From Vicugna vicugna (taxonomy: Eukaryota): 64,000 nt of DNA. The stretch lies in contig MU059052.1 in NCBI GenBank assembly GCA_013265495.1, positions 1,134,702 through 1,198,701 on the forward strand, given 5' to 3'. How positions within the stretch are numbered: the first letter of the stretch is position 1; each line of letters starts with the position of its first letter. Below are positions 1 through 12,660 of the stretch, in pieces. Position numbers and translations under genes: made by a program. The notes under the pieces were generated by a model. The model worked only from the letters and a program-made list of their open reading frames with translations. It made no database searches and was not told where the DNA came from.

Positions 1-421
1 TTGTGCAGGGGGCAGAAAATAGAGCCCCTGTCAGTCCACTCATAGTGTCTGTTGAAATTTCATCGTTGGGTCTTGACTTTCCTTATTCAAGGACGAATGA
101 AGACAAAAGACTGTGTGGAAAAAATCCTGCAGAACAAGGTAAAGGCAATAGCTTCTGAAGACCCAGAAGCCGTGTCTGCTCCAGGCTCCAGGAGAGAGAT
201 TTGGGGAAATGTGTAGCCTCCTCAGTATACCACAGAAAGACATGGCCTCCCTGGGACAGGGACAGAAAAATGTAAGGAAAGTATGGGTTGCTATGAAAAG
301 GCAACAGAAAGATGAAAGAAAAAAAAAGAGAGAGAGAGATGGATGAAATGAGGAAAGGTTTTGAGGAAACAAAGTCCAGTGGCAGCACCGAAATCCAAAT
401 TAGCAGGAGAGAGTATTAACG

Positions 422-895
422 TGTGGGAGGCTGAGGAACAGCCCCCAAAGATGTCCACATCTCCATCTCTGGATACTACCTTATACGGCAAAGAAGACTT
501 TGCCGGTGTGATTAAGTTGAGGATCTTGACAGATGGCAAGCTTATCCTGGGGTCTCCTCGTGGGCACCAAATGCAGTCACAAGTGTTCTTCTGAGAGATG
601 GGCAAAAGGCAACTTGGTGATAGAAGAGAAGACGCTGTGACCATGGAGGCAGAGATTAGAATGATGTGGCCACAAGCCAGCAAATGCCAGCAGCCACTGG
701 AAGCTGGAGGAGGCAAAGGGCAGATTTTCCTCTAAAGCCTCCAGAGGGAGTGTGGCTGCTCTGACAGCTTCATTTGGGTTCAGTGATACTGGCTTTAGAC
801 TTCCAGCCTCCAGAACTGTGAGAGGATAAATTTCTGTTGTGGTAAGTCACCGAGTTTGTGATAATTGGTTAGAACAGTCACAGAAAATGAATACA
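422..895 (+). mobile_element. MaLR solo LTR, MLT1 family (MLT1D-like)
   Basis: Typical MLT1 text: 'cccccaaagatgtccac...gtgattaagttgaggatcttga...gacttccagcctccagaactgtgagaggataaatttctgttgt...gaataca', with TG...CA ends. Confidence 0.85.
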
Positions 896-3010
896 AATGC
901 TATGGAAAATCAAATCAGGGATGTGGGTGAAGAAAAAAAAAAGCCAAACAAACAACTAGAAAAACCATTCTGGACAACGCAAGAAAGAAAGAGAACAAGA
1001 GACGCGGTTCTGGCTGTGGAAGGCGGGACTGACAGCCCACACTCAGCTTGCTGGCGATTGTTGGGACCGGGCAGCAGATACTTCTCTGAGTTCACTACCA
1101 CATTCGGAACAAACTCAGGGGAAAGAGGCCCACATCTGGGCATACCCTAGGGAAAATACAGGACTATAAGGATAAAGAGGAGAAAAAAACATTTCACAAG
1201 TGCCCAGAGAAAAGAGTAATAGAAATCAAGCTGACTTTAGACAGACCTGTTCTCTGCAACAGAGAGTCTGTATCTACTGAACTTATCAGATTAGAACACC
1301 AGGGAGGGTTTTTGTTTGTTTGGTTTTTGTTTGTTTGTTTTTTTGCTGGGGAGGGGGTTTCTTTTTTGTTTTTGGTTCAGATATATTCACTCCTACCTGG
1401 GAATCTGAAACATTAAAAGGTTTTCTAATCATCAAGTACCTTTGTGAACCATCTATGAAGTTTTGGGGGTTATGTTGAATTCCAACTACTTTGTACTTGA
1501 CTGAGGTGTCTTTTGTGTAGGAGGCCCATCAGAAAGATATTCTCAGACATGCAAGGGCTTAGAAAAATAAACACACGTTCCTTTTTTGAAAATTTGCCGT
1601 AAGGATACGTTGCAGAAGCTGACGAGGTAAAGCGAAACAGAGCTCAAGAATGGGCAGCATCAGCACAGACGCTGTAAACCCAGAGAGCGGTTTCAATTAT
1701 TATTATACGTCTGGCAACGAAACAAATACACACGTCAGAAATGTTTCCTAAAATAAGCTATAGACCGGATTCTGGGTCTGAGCCCTGGAGTGTGGTTAAT
1801 GGAGATCAGCAAGGAAAAAGGACGTAAAAGGTTTGTTATGCTGCTTGACTGAGATAGGTTGGTACCCCCCAATGTTACTTCTTTTATTATTTTAATCTTC
1901 AGAGAAGTGTGATGGCTAAAAGAAAGGCTCTGAGTGGCATCGGTACCAAAGTCCTCCATTTATGGAGGTTTACTCTGAGCTAAGCCATGTGCTCAGGTCT
2001 TGACTTCCATTCTCTCTGCTCAAGGCCACAGGGGTGGATGCCGGATCTTTTCCCTCCCACCCACTGTTCTAAAGGTTCCTTAAGATCCCGCACCTGTAGG
2101 TGGTGCAGCTTGAACCCCAGGTCGACGGAGTCCAGAGCCCTTCCCTTATCCCCTGCGCTAATCTGAAAACCTTACAGGTTAACACTAGGAGATCCAAAAA
2201 CAAGTTCTGAAGGTACCCAAACACCGGGAAATAGAAAAGCAAAACTCATCATAAAATAGATAAAGAAAAAGCATCAACAGATTTTTTTAAAGAAGGAAAG
2301 GTACAGGGTGCTTCCTTTGACCACAGTGTGTGAGAATTATAGAAAATACAAAATTATAAAATTTACAGTCCAAATACTTAGAGACAAAAGAGCACAGTCC
2401 AGATGCTGTGGAGTCCAGTAAGTGACCAAATCTACATCACGGGATTTGAAACAAGGACAAATATTTACTTAGAGAAAAATTCCTGGCTTTATATACAAGA
2501 AATCACTTAAATAAATGAATATCCAACTCAAGAAGGCAAACAGAGAAACTAAAGAAAACAATGGGAAATTGGAGAATTAATGAAGATAAATGTTGACCTT
2601 AAAGAATTAGAAAAAAATGGCAGACTTGATAAATCTTGTTGCTGATTTTTTTCCAGAAGACCAACAAAGTAGACTGATTCCTCACAAATCGAATTTTTAA
2701 AATAAGAAAAGCTACACACGTCAAAGCATGAGGAAGGGGGCGTGCCCACAGAAACAGAAGTTGTTTTTAAGTTAAAAGTGATTACTGATATTGTTCTGTG
2801 CTCAAAATTTGAAAATCTGAATGGATTGGACAGTTTTCTAATAAATTTCTAAGAAATGGAAATGATTGTAATTGATTCAAGCAGCTGAAAACGTAAACAG
2901 AGCAAACACCACAGGACGTCACTGGAGAAGTCTCCTCCCACTGTTTTGCGGACTAGTTCTTGCACACCTGCCCAGGACAGTCACCTCAGTTCAACTCCAC
3001 GTAGACCGTT
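896..3010 (+). mobile_element. Highly degraded old L1 (ORF1-like at ~900-1270, ORF2-like at ~2200-3010)
   Basis: A-rich sense strand with remnants such as 'atccaactcaagaag', 'aaaatttgaaaatctgaatggattggacagttttct' and 'gaaaacgtaaacaga'. No intact frame. Confidence 0.5.
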
Positions 3011-4399
3011 CTGGTGCTGATGTACTAATTCGGCGCCTCACTTTCGAAATGAGGGGTGAGATGTGAGCATGTGCTTGGCAGTGATGGGATGAGACGCTGC
3101 AGAGGACGTGTGTGAGGAGAGCAGTGCCTTCCCCGGGAGGGTGTCCTCTCCTCCAGGTGTGCACCCCCACCTGCGTCTGGAGGCCGATGTCTGCTGAGTT
3201 TTCCCAGTCCCGAGCTAGTGGCGGAAGACAAGAAAGCTTTAGGGAAAACAGGTCTGAACCTAACACCCGTAACATCTTCTAAAATTTGGTAATCCATAGA
3301 AAGAATTCTTCCTTGCTTTGCTCAGGGGATGGTAACATGGAGCCTTCCTTGAGAGGGATGGAGAAGTGTTCAGGCAACTGGATAGATGCAGTTTCTGAAT
3401 CTGACTTTCATGACATTTCATAAGTGGCCCTCATATCCTGCACGGGACACACGAGGAGACAGTGGCTGTTGCTCATGGACACTGGTCCCGCCTGCAATTC
3501 TACCTTCTCTCCATTTTCTCCTCCTGGGCCCCCCACCCCCCTTGCTGGCTGCCTGTCCCTCTCCCCCAGTTTCATACTGCTGTCGCTGAGACTCTGGTCT
3601 CCTGCTTCAGGTGCACGTGGAAACCCTGCTCCCCTCTCTGGCCTGGCTCCCAGGCCCGGGGACAGTGGGCTGGAGCACTGGGCCCAGAGCGTGCATCCCC
3701 ACGAATCTTCACACCCCTTCCCCTTCTTTTCCTGCACAAGAGGTGGTGAAAATGTATTACAGAACAAAACCACCCCGGCATTGTTGAGGACTTTCTTGAC
3801 CTTTATGTTTCCCCAGATCATGCTGATTATGCTGGGGGGAAGAGCTAGGTCCTGGGATGATACCGTTTGGGGAGGGTGGGGGAGAGGAGGGACGGTGGGA
3901 GAGAAGGACGGAAGGAGAGAGGAGGGAAGAAGCCTTGAGAGGGGTCATTGTCTGTACTTTCACTTATGTGCACTTGATAAGGTGAAGACCTCTCGGCTTT
4001 GCCTTCTGCCCCTGGGCAGGTTGCACCCGGGGACTTGGCACCCTACCTCTTCCACCTGGATTTTAATCTCATTATTTCCCCTTCTTTGTCTCCCATCCAC
4101 TCCTCACCCACTGAAACCCGGCGTCTCTCCACCACTTCCTGAAGCCTCCCTCTCTCACAGATACCAGCCCTAACTTCCCTGGTGCTCCTCACAATGAGAA
4201 CCCTTGCCCCCCGCCCCACCGCTCCGACTTCTTGCATCACCCTCTCCCCTTGGCTCCTGGGCTGCGTGCTCTGGGTTCTCCCTCCGCCTTTCTGGCGGCT
4301 TCTTTCCTGTTTCCCTGGCAGGCCCTGTTCCTCTGCCTATCCCTGAAGTGGCGATGGCCCCTGGGCTTCTGTCCCTCCACAGTCTCCTGTGTGGTCTGA

Positions 4400-5730
4400 C
4401 ACCTCCAGTTGTCATCTTCAGGCTCCTCGTGTCCAAAGCTAGAGCCCAGAACTTGCTGAGGGACAGCCAGCTGCCTGTTCACACACCACCGAGAGGACCC
4501 ATGGGCCCTGTGTGTCCACGACCTGACTCACCACATGCAGCCTGGCTTTGCTCCCTAAGTAGATGGTCCCTTCAGACCCCAGTTTCTGGGACTGGATATT
4601 GCAATGATACTTCTCTCACATCCCCCCACGTCTGATTCTTTGTTGAGTCCTACCAGCTGCTGATCTGTTTGGAATTAGCCCAATGTCTTTTCCCGACACC
4701 AGCCTCCATCATCTCTTCCCTGGACCCACTTCAGATCTCACTGCCTCCGGTCTTGTCCCCAACCCCACCCCACCCCACTCCATTCTCCACATTGGAGCCA
4801 TTTTTATACCTTAATTGGGCATCTTCGGTGTCCTGGGCCCTCTGCCACACCACGGCCCTAAATCATTAGTAGCCACTCCTTGCCCCCAAAGTACAGGCCA
4901 GACTCTTTAACATGGCTTAACAAACCCTCAAAGAGACATGGCCCGTGTGCTTCTGCAAGGTAATCTTTCAGAGAAAGAAAAATACCATATGATATCGCTT
5001 ATATGTGGAATCTTAAAAAGACACAAATAAACTTGTTTACAAAACAGAAATAGGTAGACATAGAGAACAAACTTATGGTCACCGGGGGGAAAGGGGGTGG
5101 GAAGGGATAAATTGGGAGTTCAGGATTTGTGGATACGAACTACTGGACATAAAATAGATAAACAAGTTTCTGCTGTAGAGCACAGGGAACTATATTCAGT
5201 AACTTGTAATAGCCTATAATGAAAAAGAACATGAAAAGGAATATATGTATGTATATGTATGAAATATTATGCTGTACACCAGAAATTGATCCAACATTAT
5301 AAAGTGACTATACTTCAATAAAAAATAATGCAAAAAAAAGAGAAAATCTTTCAGCACCTGCCCCCGCCGCCCCCAGCCACCCTGTGCTCCCTGGTCGGTG
5401 TGCAGTCCCTGAGGGGGCCGAGCTGGATCTCCCACCTCCTTCCTTTGAAGCTCATGCTGTTCCTGCCACCCTAGCTCTCTGCCGTGCAAGCCTGTAGGTG
5501 TCAGTTTAGGAGTCACTTCCCAGGGGGCCTCCCAGCTTTGCTTGTATAATGCTCTTCCAGAGGGCCTCATGGCACCCTGAGTTCACCTCTTGAGAGCACC
5601 CTTCACGTGGCTGATTCACTTAATGTGGTTCCTTCATCGGACTCACATGTTTGATGGCAGAGGCTGCGTTTGCTTATCATTGTACCCTCAGCTTCCACAA
5701 GTGTCTGGTACATAATACGTACCTCTGAAA
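4400..5730 (+). mobile_element. L2 (LINE2) 3' portion, interrupted by a young L1 tail
   Basis: Pyrimidine-rich L2-type text ('aaagtacaggccagactctttaacatggct', 'gctcatgctgttcctgcc', and a terminal 'gtgtctggtacataatacgtacctc'). Boundaries approximate. Confidence 0.65.
4972..5344 (+). mobile_element. 5'-truncated camelid-type L1 3' end with A-rich tail and 10-bp TSD
   Basis: 'gagcacagggaactatattcagtaacttgtaatagcctataatgaaaaagaa...gactatacttcaataaaaa'. TSD AATCTTTCAG at 4962-4971 and 5345-5354. Confidence 0.9.
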
Positions 5731-8059
5731 TAGTTCACCTGTGCAGTGAATGCATGGCTTCAGTGTGTTACACCCTTTCTGCATTTATTGAAATCTGCTG
5801 TATCTCATGCACTGTATCGTGTCACTTAGTAACGGCAGTGGAAACTCAAAGTGCCAGAATCCTCAGAGAAAGGGAGCCAAAGTGAATTCTTGACTCCAGT
5901 GCCCTGTAGGTCATAATCGGTTCTGGAAGCGTGAGTTTCTGTGTCGTTGGGAGTTCATCCTCTAAGCGTTTTTGCTGCGTCCACAGGGTTGCCTCTTATC
6001 TGCCTTTTCTGGGGCCACTGAGGTTCATTCAGTCTGCAGCTCTAAGCCACGCCTGGCCTGCAGGGGTGCCCTCCATCTTCCGTCTCTTCAACTCTGCTGC
6101 TTTTCTTCCCTGCTGTCAGTGTCCGCCCGGCACTCTTCCCATCACCACTTCGAATTCCGTTACAGCCCTCACGTGCCAGCTGCTACCCAGCTGAATAAGA
6201 CATACGCCCTCAGGTGCCTCACCTTCTTGTAGCTTACTTAGCAAACACTAATCGCATGCATTCTTGGTCTTTCTGAGTGTTGCCCATCTTGACTTCAGAA
6301 CTTGGCCTTGAAATGGCCATTTTTCTAAATAAGTCACGGCTGTCAGCTGCTTTTGTGTGATTTGCCTCTCTTCTCAACGTGAAGTGTGAAAAAGAAACTG
6401 CAGTTCATTTAAGCTTCCATCTGATGGGAGCTCTGCTGTCTTCCAAAGCTGCTGACCCAGCAGCAGGCCACCCGACAGACATGCCCTGCTTAGCCCAGCT
6501 CTGCTGGTCCATGTTGAAACCCGGGAGAGTCTCAGAGACACATCTCCTGGGCTTGTGCCCCAGCAGTATCCTAGCCCCCGTGAGCCCTTTCGGGGAGGGA
6601 CAATATTGCGTTCACCTTTGTTCCCCGGTGCCTGGCACACTCAGTATATGCTTGTGAAATTAGCAAAGGGATGGAAGGAGGGACGGAAGGAGAGACGGAG
6701 AAAAGAAGAGAGGGAAGGGGGAGCAAAACTGAAAATGAGGAATGAGATTCCCTTCCAGGGTGAGAAGTTGGAGGAGCAAATGGAGGATGTGGTAAACGGT
6801 TTCATTGCTTCTTTGCGTGTGTGAAATTTCCTCCCGGGGAGTATCTGATGTGCTAGAAGAATCTGACACTATAAATACTGAAATAAATACTCCAAAACTT
6901 GAACAGTTTCCAAAGAGGTAAGAACTAACGGCAGGATCATTATATAACAGGAAACATCTCAAGTATTCCTAAAGACTGCAGCTCTCAGGAGGGAAAAAAC
7001 ACAGCTTCCTGAAGAAATCCAGTGTTTCGAGCAGCTGTAGCAGTAACTTCCGATTAACATGTATTGTTTCCATTTTGAAACTCAGACCGTCTAGATCTGA
7101 GTGTCCGCTCATCTTTGCTCCATTCTTCTCCCACTGTCTCTAAAGAAATCTCATCTTGTGTTGCTGTGTTTCAGCAGTGTGACACGGTCTCCTCGACATT
7201 TTCCTGTCCCCACCCGGTACATGAATGCTATTTGGTGTTGGTTTTAGAGCAGATGTTAAATTGACTTAGTCTCACGTGCCAGCTTCAGTGGATTGGTTGT
7301 GGCTCCCTGGAGTGTTGAGGAGGATTCTGCAGCTGGATCTAAGTTAAATGGGGGGAAGTTCCATGGAAAGAGGTGGAGAGAGTTGGAGAGTTGGCAATAT
7401 GCTTGCCAAGTATTTGCCACCCCCTCCCCTTCAAGAGGAAAGCAGAGTGGTGAGCAGAGACCATCCTTCCGGTTTTGACTGTAAATAAGAGTCGCCTGAA
7501 GTTGTTTTAATTTCATTTTCATTCAAAGCCTGAGACAGTTGGGTTTCAGCTCACTTTCTACAGTGCTTTGAATGTTGTATCTTTGTGAAGAGGGAGAAAA
7601 AGAGAGTTGAATGTATTAACAGTGTTTAAACCTTTCCTCTAATCTATTGCCATCTGATCCTAAATTGGACTTCATGACTGTAGAGAGAGGCCAGAATGAG
7701 AGGCTATTTTAAAAGTTCCTCCAGTATAAATATTTTCCAGTGGCTATTTCAGAAGCAGCTTAAGCTTCTGAAACTTGAGCTACAACTGGAATCTCCTTAG
7801 CCTCTAAATTGCAGTCCAGATTGCTAACCTGGAATCTGGATGTGCACACTGGGAATCGGCATGTGCTAAGGAGTGGCTAGTGGCTCTGACCTGCCACCAG
7901 ACACATCCCATTAATGGCAGGCATTTCTGCAGATGTGCGTAGCACCTTTCACCTGGGGAAAACACACACGGTCATCTCATTTGAGGCATTCCTTTTCAGA
8001 TGGAGAAACAGAGGCTTGGCCAGTGATTTTAGCTACCACACTGATAACAACGTGGCCCG

Positions 8060-8430
8060 TAAGCCCCAGGCCCTGCCAGACGGCCAGTAAATGTTCTTGA
8101 GTGCCCTCCACGTCTCAGTTACAGTAGTGAGAACATCCTTGAGCCCCCAGCCTAAAGGAGTTTCCATGCTGGTTGGGAGGAAACAGACAAAAGCATCCCA
8201 ACAAATAAATGCTTTAAGGCACCAGTAAGTGCACTAGAAAAAAAAAATGGTGATCAGGGATGCTGCTTGGAGGAGACAGCATCTGCACTTAGACTGAAAT
8301 GATGCAATGAGTTGCAATCGATATTGTCAAGATCTGGGGAAGACTGCTCCAAGCCAGAGAAACAACAAAAGTAAACATGTCCAAGAGATGAAGGAAGTCA
8401 GTGTGACTGGAGCAGAGGGAATGCCCAGTC
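8060..8430 (-). mobile_element. L2 fragment
   Basis: Purine-rich antisense L2 text ('aaatgttcttgagtgcc', 'aagatctggggaagactgctccaagccagagaaacaac', 'gtcagtgtgactggagcagag'). Confidence 0.6.
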
Positions 8431-9129
8431 CTGTCAGTTAGCCCTGATGTTTGCTAAATTGTTGTTGTTGGTGGTGATGGTTTCTTGTAAGCTTTTAAAA
8501 CTTTTATTGCACTCACTGGAATTGCTTTTAAGTAAACCTTTGCATGTGATTGGACAGTGAGTGTATGCTTAGCTGTACATGGAGATTATGAAGAATTCTG
8601 TAGATTGAGGTGAACTGTATCATGGGCACAACCCCTTTTGAGGGAGATGTGTGGCACAGGTGGGGCGCACTTCTGCTCTAGGGACCGTGCAGGTCGGAGC
8701 ATGTGACCAGTGACCACCGGCAGATTAGCTGGGTGGGGTGGGAGCGCAATGCCACCATCAGCAGCTGACCCGCTCCCTAAACAGTCTCGTGAACTCTCCT
8801 GCTTCCTCCTGTGTGCCAGTGAGGCCACCTTGGCTGCCTGCTCCCTGTGTCCATGAACACTTCAAAAGCAGTTTGTCACAAAAGGGAAAAGACCTCCCCT
8901 CTAAAACCTGCATCTGCATCTGAACTCTCTCATCTCAGATGGGGGCTGCAGTCTGAGCTCTGGCCCCTAAACTGGAAACTGGAGAGTTGTATACACTCCA
9001 AGCCCATCCTCTCCCATCCATGCCTTTGCTGCCGCCACCCCCACCCTCCAATTCCACCCTGCAGGTGGCCTTTCTCCCCAGTCCCCTCCCCTGGTGAGGC
9101 TAACTCAGCCTCTCCCCCAGGAAGCCTTC

Positions 9130-9320
9130 TCTGACCTCTGCTGGGCTCGGCTCCTCTCTGTGCCTCAGCCAGTCCATGTGGCACCCTGCTTGTCATATTC
9201 TGGTCTGATTGTGGCCTCCGAGAGGCTGTGAGCCCCTTGTGGGCCGGGAGGTGGTCATGGTCATCAGGTACCCTCGACGACCTGCACACAGTAGGGCTCA
9301 ATCCGTGTGTGGTAAACATG
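9130..9320 (+). mobile_element. L2 3' end fragment
   Basis: 'ccttctctgacc...gctgtgagccccttgtgggccgggagg...tgcacacagtagggctcaatccgtgtgtggtaaacatga'. Confidence 0.6.
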
Positions 9321-9469
9321 AGCAGCTGAGCAGGCTCTCTTCGTAAGGACTGACTGTAACTCTTTGCTTGTTCTCATCAAAGGGACATCAGGGGTAGATT
9401 CATGCTGAACACGGACCACTATTTTTATTTCTTTGAATTTATTCAAATTCCTTACATGAGCAGCTCTCA

Positions 9470-10010
9470 CTTTTAGAATTTTTTGTGGTGGAGTGTACAT
9501 AACCTAAAATTTACTATTTCAACCATTAATAAGTGTACAATTCAGTGACATTAAGTACATTCATATTGTTGTACAGCCATCACCACCATCCATCTTCAGA
9601 ACTTTTTCCCAAATGGACATCCGTGCCCATTAAATAATAACTCCACCGTTTTACTTTCTGTCTCTTTGAGTTTGGCTAGTCTGGGCACTTCATGTAAGTG
9701 GAATATAAGTATTTGCCCTTTGGTGTCTGGTTTATTTGATTTAGCAGAATGTCTCCAAGTTTCCTCTATGTTACAGCATGTGATAGAATTTCCTTCTTTT
9801 TAAAGCTGAATATTTCATGTATGTACCGTGTTTTACTTACTCATTCATCCACTGATGGACATTTAAGTTGTTTTCACCTTTTGGCTGTTGTGAATAATGC
9901 TGCTATGAACATGAGTGTTGTAAATAATGTTCAAGTCCCAGTTTTCAGCCCTTTTGGGTATCTGCCCCGAAGTGGGATTGCTGGATACTATGGTAAAATC
10001 ACTTTTACAG
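9470..10010 (-). mobile_element. L1M (L1MA/MB-type) 3' end
   Basis: 'agtgtacaattcagtgacattaagtacattcatattgttgtacagccatcaccaccatccatcttcagaact...ttggctgttgtgaataatgctgctatgaacatg...agtgggattgctggatac'. Confidence 0.85.
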
Positions 10011-10191
10011 TTCAGAAACATTTTTAGTAGTTCTGAAATGGTCATTTCCGTTCAAACCAAAGGTCGCTTTAAGATGGGAGGTGATGCAGAAACATAGGCT
10101 GAAATTTCAGACTTGCATTCTTATGACCTGCCTGATGCTTGGTGATGTGAAATGTTTTGTTTTCAAGTGTGGTTTTAATTTTTTCTTACAG

Positions 10192-10243
10192 CATCAAGCT
10201 GCTAGCTGTGCAAGAACTACTTGACAGAGAGGCCCTGGAAAAG
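10192..10243 (+). CDS. EEPD1: EEPD1 internal coding exon (52 bp; human exon 3 equivalent), (S)IKLLAVQELLDREALEK
   Basis: ttttcttacag|CATCAAG...GAAAAG|gtaaat. The peptide matches recalled human EEPD1 'SIKLLAVQELLDREALEK' and contains the EEP-family 'QE' metal-binding motif. It ends in phase 0, matching the next exon. Confidence 0.96.
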
Positions 10244-10589
10244 GTAAATATTTTGTTCTTCCTACCCCAGGTTCGCACACTTAGAGCAGAGTGCCACGCA
10301 CAGAGAAAATTCCACCCCCATCACTTACTGCAAAGCTGGTGTGTTATTTTGTGTTCATAACAATCAGCGAACCGTGCAAAGTTTTGACCAAAACATCCCA
10401 CGTTGCTCACAGGCCATTAACATTTGCAAACTCCCCTTGCTGGGCTCCTTCAGAGCTGAGTGAGAACAGAGGCTGGCCCTGCTGCGGGCCGGGCTCGGGA
10501 GCAGGTTTTCTGTGCCTGGAAACACCCAACACTGGGTGCGACCCACACGCCAGATCCTGTGCTTCACTCCATCTCTGCGCGTGTGTGTA

Positions 10590-10720
10590 TCCTCCTCTGG
10601 GCTTACGGATGATCGGACTGAGGCCCAACGAGGTGAAGTAATGCGCCCAAGGAAAATTAACTAAGTGGCAGAGGCAGGATTTGAGCCTCCTGGTTTCATT
10701 TCCAAAACCAATGCTTTTTC
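10590..10720 (-). mobile_element. MIR fragment
   Basis: 'actgaggcccaacgaggtgaagtaatgcgcccaagg...aagtggcagaggcaggatttgagcc'. Confidence 0.75.
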
Positions 10721-11373
10721 CACTTAATAGGCAAGTTCATGACTTTGAGGCCCTTCTGGGGCTACTTCTGAGGACCGGGAAACTCCCTCCCACCTCCAGC
10801 TGGTGACTCACTGTGCCCTGGAAGGAGGTATCCAGGGTGTCTCAGCTTTCTGCTGTCAGATCAAGCACGCAGCTGGGGGTCTTTTGCCAATTGTGTGTTC
10901 AAGTTCTGGTGTGCAGGGTGGGATGGGCTCCGAAAAGCAGGCTGGGGAGGTGACAGGGAGGTCCAACTCCCCTCCTCCCCACGAGTCCCCCAGCTCATAC
11001 CCTGCTGCTGCTGCCCTGGCTGGCTCAGGACTCCTCCTGGGTATGTGGCTGTGGGTGTTACTTAGAATCTCCAAGGTTGATGTAAAAGAAAATAGTTAGA
11101 GATTACGATATTACTTTATTTATAGAATTTTAAATGTTGGCATCGGTGGTCAGTCTATTGGTTGGCAGTAAAGCAAATAGTCTTTAAATTCAGCACCAAG
11201 CAGGGATGTGAGGGGAGGGAGGTATTTGAGCTCTGGCTCCGAATATAGTGTCCCTTCAGCCTCATTTCCGTCATGGGGAAGATGAAACCCTGGCCTCAAG
11301 GAGGTGACGTGACAACCCAATGAGTTAGTGCAGTGGAAGACCTTTCTAAATGCCAAAGCATTTGACTCATATT

Positions 11374-11612
11374 AATTTTTTTTAAGATTTTTTTATTGAG
11401 TTATAGTCATTTTACAATGTTGTGTCAAATTCCAGTGTAGAGCACGATTTTTCAGTTATACATGAACATATATATATTCATTGTCACATTCTTTTTCGCT
11501 GTGAGCTACCACAAGATCTTGTATATATTTCCGTGTGCTATACAGTATAATCTTGTTTATCTATTGTACATGTGCCTGTCAGTATCTACAAATTTCGAAC
11601 TCCCAGTCTGTC
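11374..11612 (-). mobile_element. 5'-truncated camelid-type L1 3' tail with TSD
   Basis: T-run then 'attgagttatagtcattttacaatgttgtgtcaaattccagtgtagagcac...'. TSD GACTCATATT at 11364-11373 and 11613-11622. Confidence 0.9.
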
Positions 11613-11882
11613 GACTCATATTTCTTAATTACTCATATTCATTCTTAGTATGCACCCAGCCATTAAAACTAGATCCAGGAGTGCATGAAGATTCTTTGTA
11701 TGTTCTTGAAGCTTTTAAAAAGTTACCCTTCCAAAAACAATTATCTTCTCAGTATTCCTTACAGGTATTTGTCTTTCTTACTCCTCAATTAAAAACAAAA
11801 CTGACACAAAGCATGGAGCCCATGTGCTAAGCAGTATCAGCATAATAAAAACACAGGCACCAAAAATATCCATTAAGTCTTT

Positions 11883-11981
11883 TTTTCTTAATTAAAGTAT
11901 ACTCAGTTACAATGTGTCAATTTCTGGTGTACAGCATGTTTCAGTCATACATATGCATACATACATTTGTTTTCAGATTCT
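11883..11981 (-). mobile_element. ~100-bp L1 3' tail with 13-bp TSD
   Basis: 'aagtatactcagttacaatgtgtcaatttctggtgtacagcat'. TSD CCA(T/C)TAAGTCTTT at 11870-11882 and 11982-11994. Confidence 0.85.
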
Positions 11982-12009
11982 CCACTAAGTCTTTAGAGTT
12001 GTGTTAATA

Positions 12010-12245
12010 CCGATGTGGAGATCTGTAGTATAGTGTGGGGTTCAGACAACGTGGGCCCAGAGCCACCTCTGCCTTCCTAACTGCGTTATCTTGGTTTATT
12101 AACCCTCTCTGTGCTTTACATTCCCAGTCTGTAAAATGGGAATCGTTATAACCCGAAATTCACAGAGGCTTTGAGAGGGTTAAGTAGACAGTTGTTGTAA
12201 GGGGCTTAACGCCGTGCTTGGCACTCAGTGATCCCCCAAAGTTCT
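12010..12245 (+). mobile_element. MIR
   Basis: 'gccacctctgccttcctaactgcgttatcttgg...ttaaccctctctgtgc...tctgtaaaatggg...gtgcttggcactcagtga'. Confidence 0.8.
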
Positions 12246-12264
12246 GTTGCCCGTGTTACTTCCC

Positions 12265-12300
12265 CTTCCTCCTCCTCCTCCTCCTCCTCCTTCTCCTCCC
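12265..12300. repeat. (CCT)n microsatellite
   Basis: ccttcctcctcctcctcctcctcctccttctcctccc read directly. Confidence 0.85.
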
Positions 12301-12573
12301 GGTTTCTCACCAAGCCTGATAATGGTTTTGCACCGTGCCCCTATCTCCACACATCACCAGTGGAAGGATTTAAGATGGTTTAAAGAATCACAGGGACCAG
12401 TTAGGAACCAAGTTCACTCAGTTTCCTTCTTTCATTTGTGCATTCATTCATTCATTCATTTATTCATTCATACATACAAAGGCCTTTGTTAAGCTTCTGA
12501 TGTGCCAGGCAAGTAGAAAACATTTCTGGACAAGCCCAGAAGCGACCAGTCAACACGAGCATGGTAGCCAATT

Positions 12574-12660
12574 GCATTTTTTTAAATTGAATTATAGTCA
12601 CTTTACAGCGTTGGGTTGATTTCCGGCGTACAGCATGATTTTGAGTGACACGTGGTATAT
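12574..12660 (-). mobile_element. L1 3' tail fragment (diverged or low quality)
   Basis: 'tttttttaaattgaattatagtcactttacagcgttgggttgatttccggcgtacagcatg' resembles the tails at 11374 and 11883. Confidence 0.6.

Noticed and set aside
3869-3891. G-quadruplex motif GGGGAGGGTGGGGGAGAGGAGGG, and similar G-runs elsewhere
   Set aside because: Common in GC-rich mammalian introns, with no supporting context.
3424-4635. Longest non-gap ORFs (249 aa at 3424-4173, 143 aa at 4204-4635)
   Set aside because: Low-complexity Pro/Leu/Ser/Gly translations of GC-rich intronic and L2-derived DNA. No recognisable domain or splice-linked structure.
1-10191. LXR response element (EEPD1 is a reported LXR target with an intronic element)
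   Set aside because: No convincing DR4 seen by eye in this part of the intron. Most of that intron lies outside the window, and a matrix scan would be needed.
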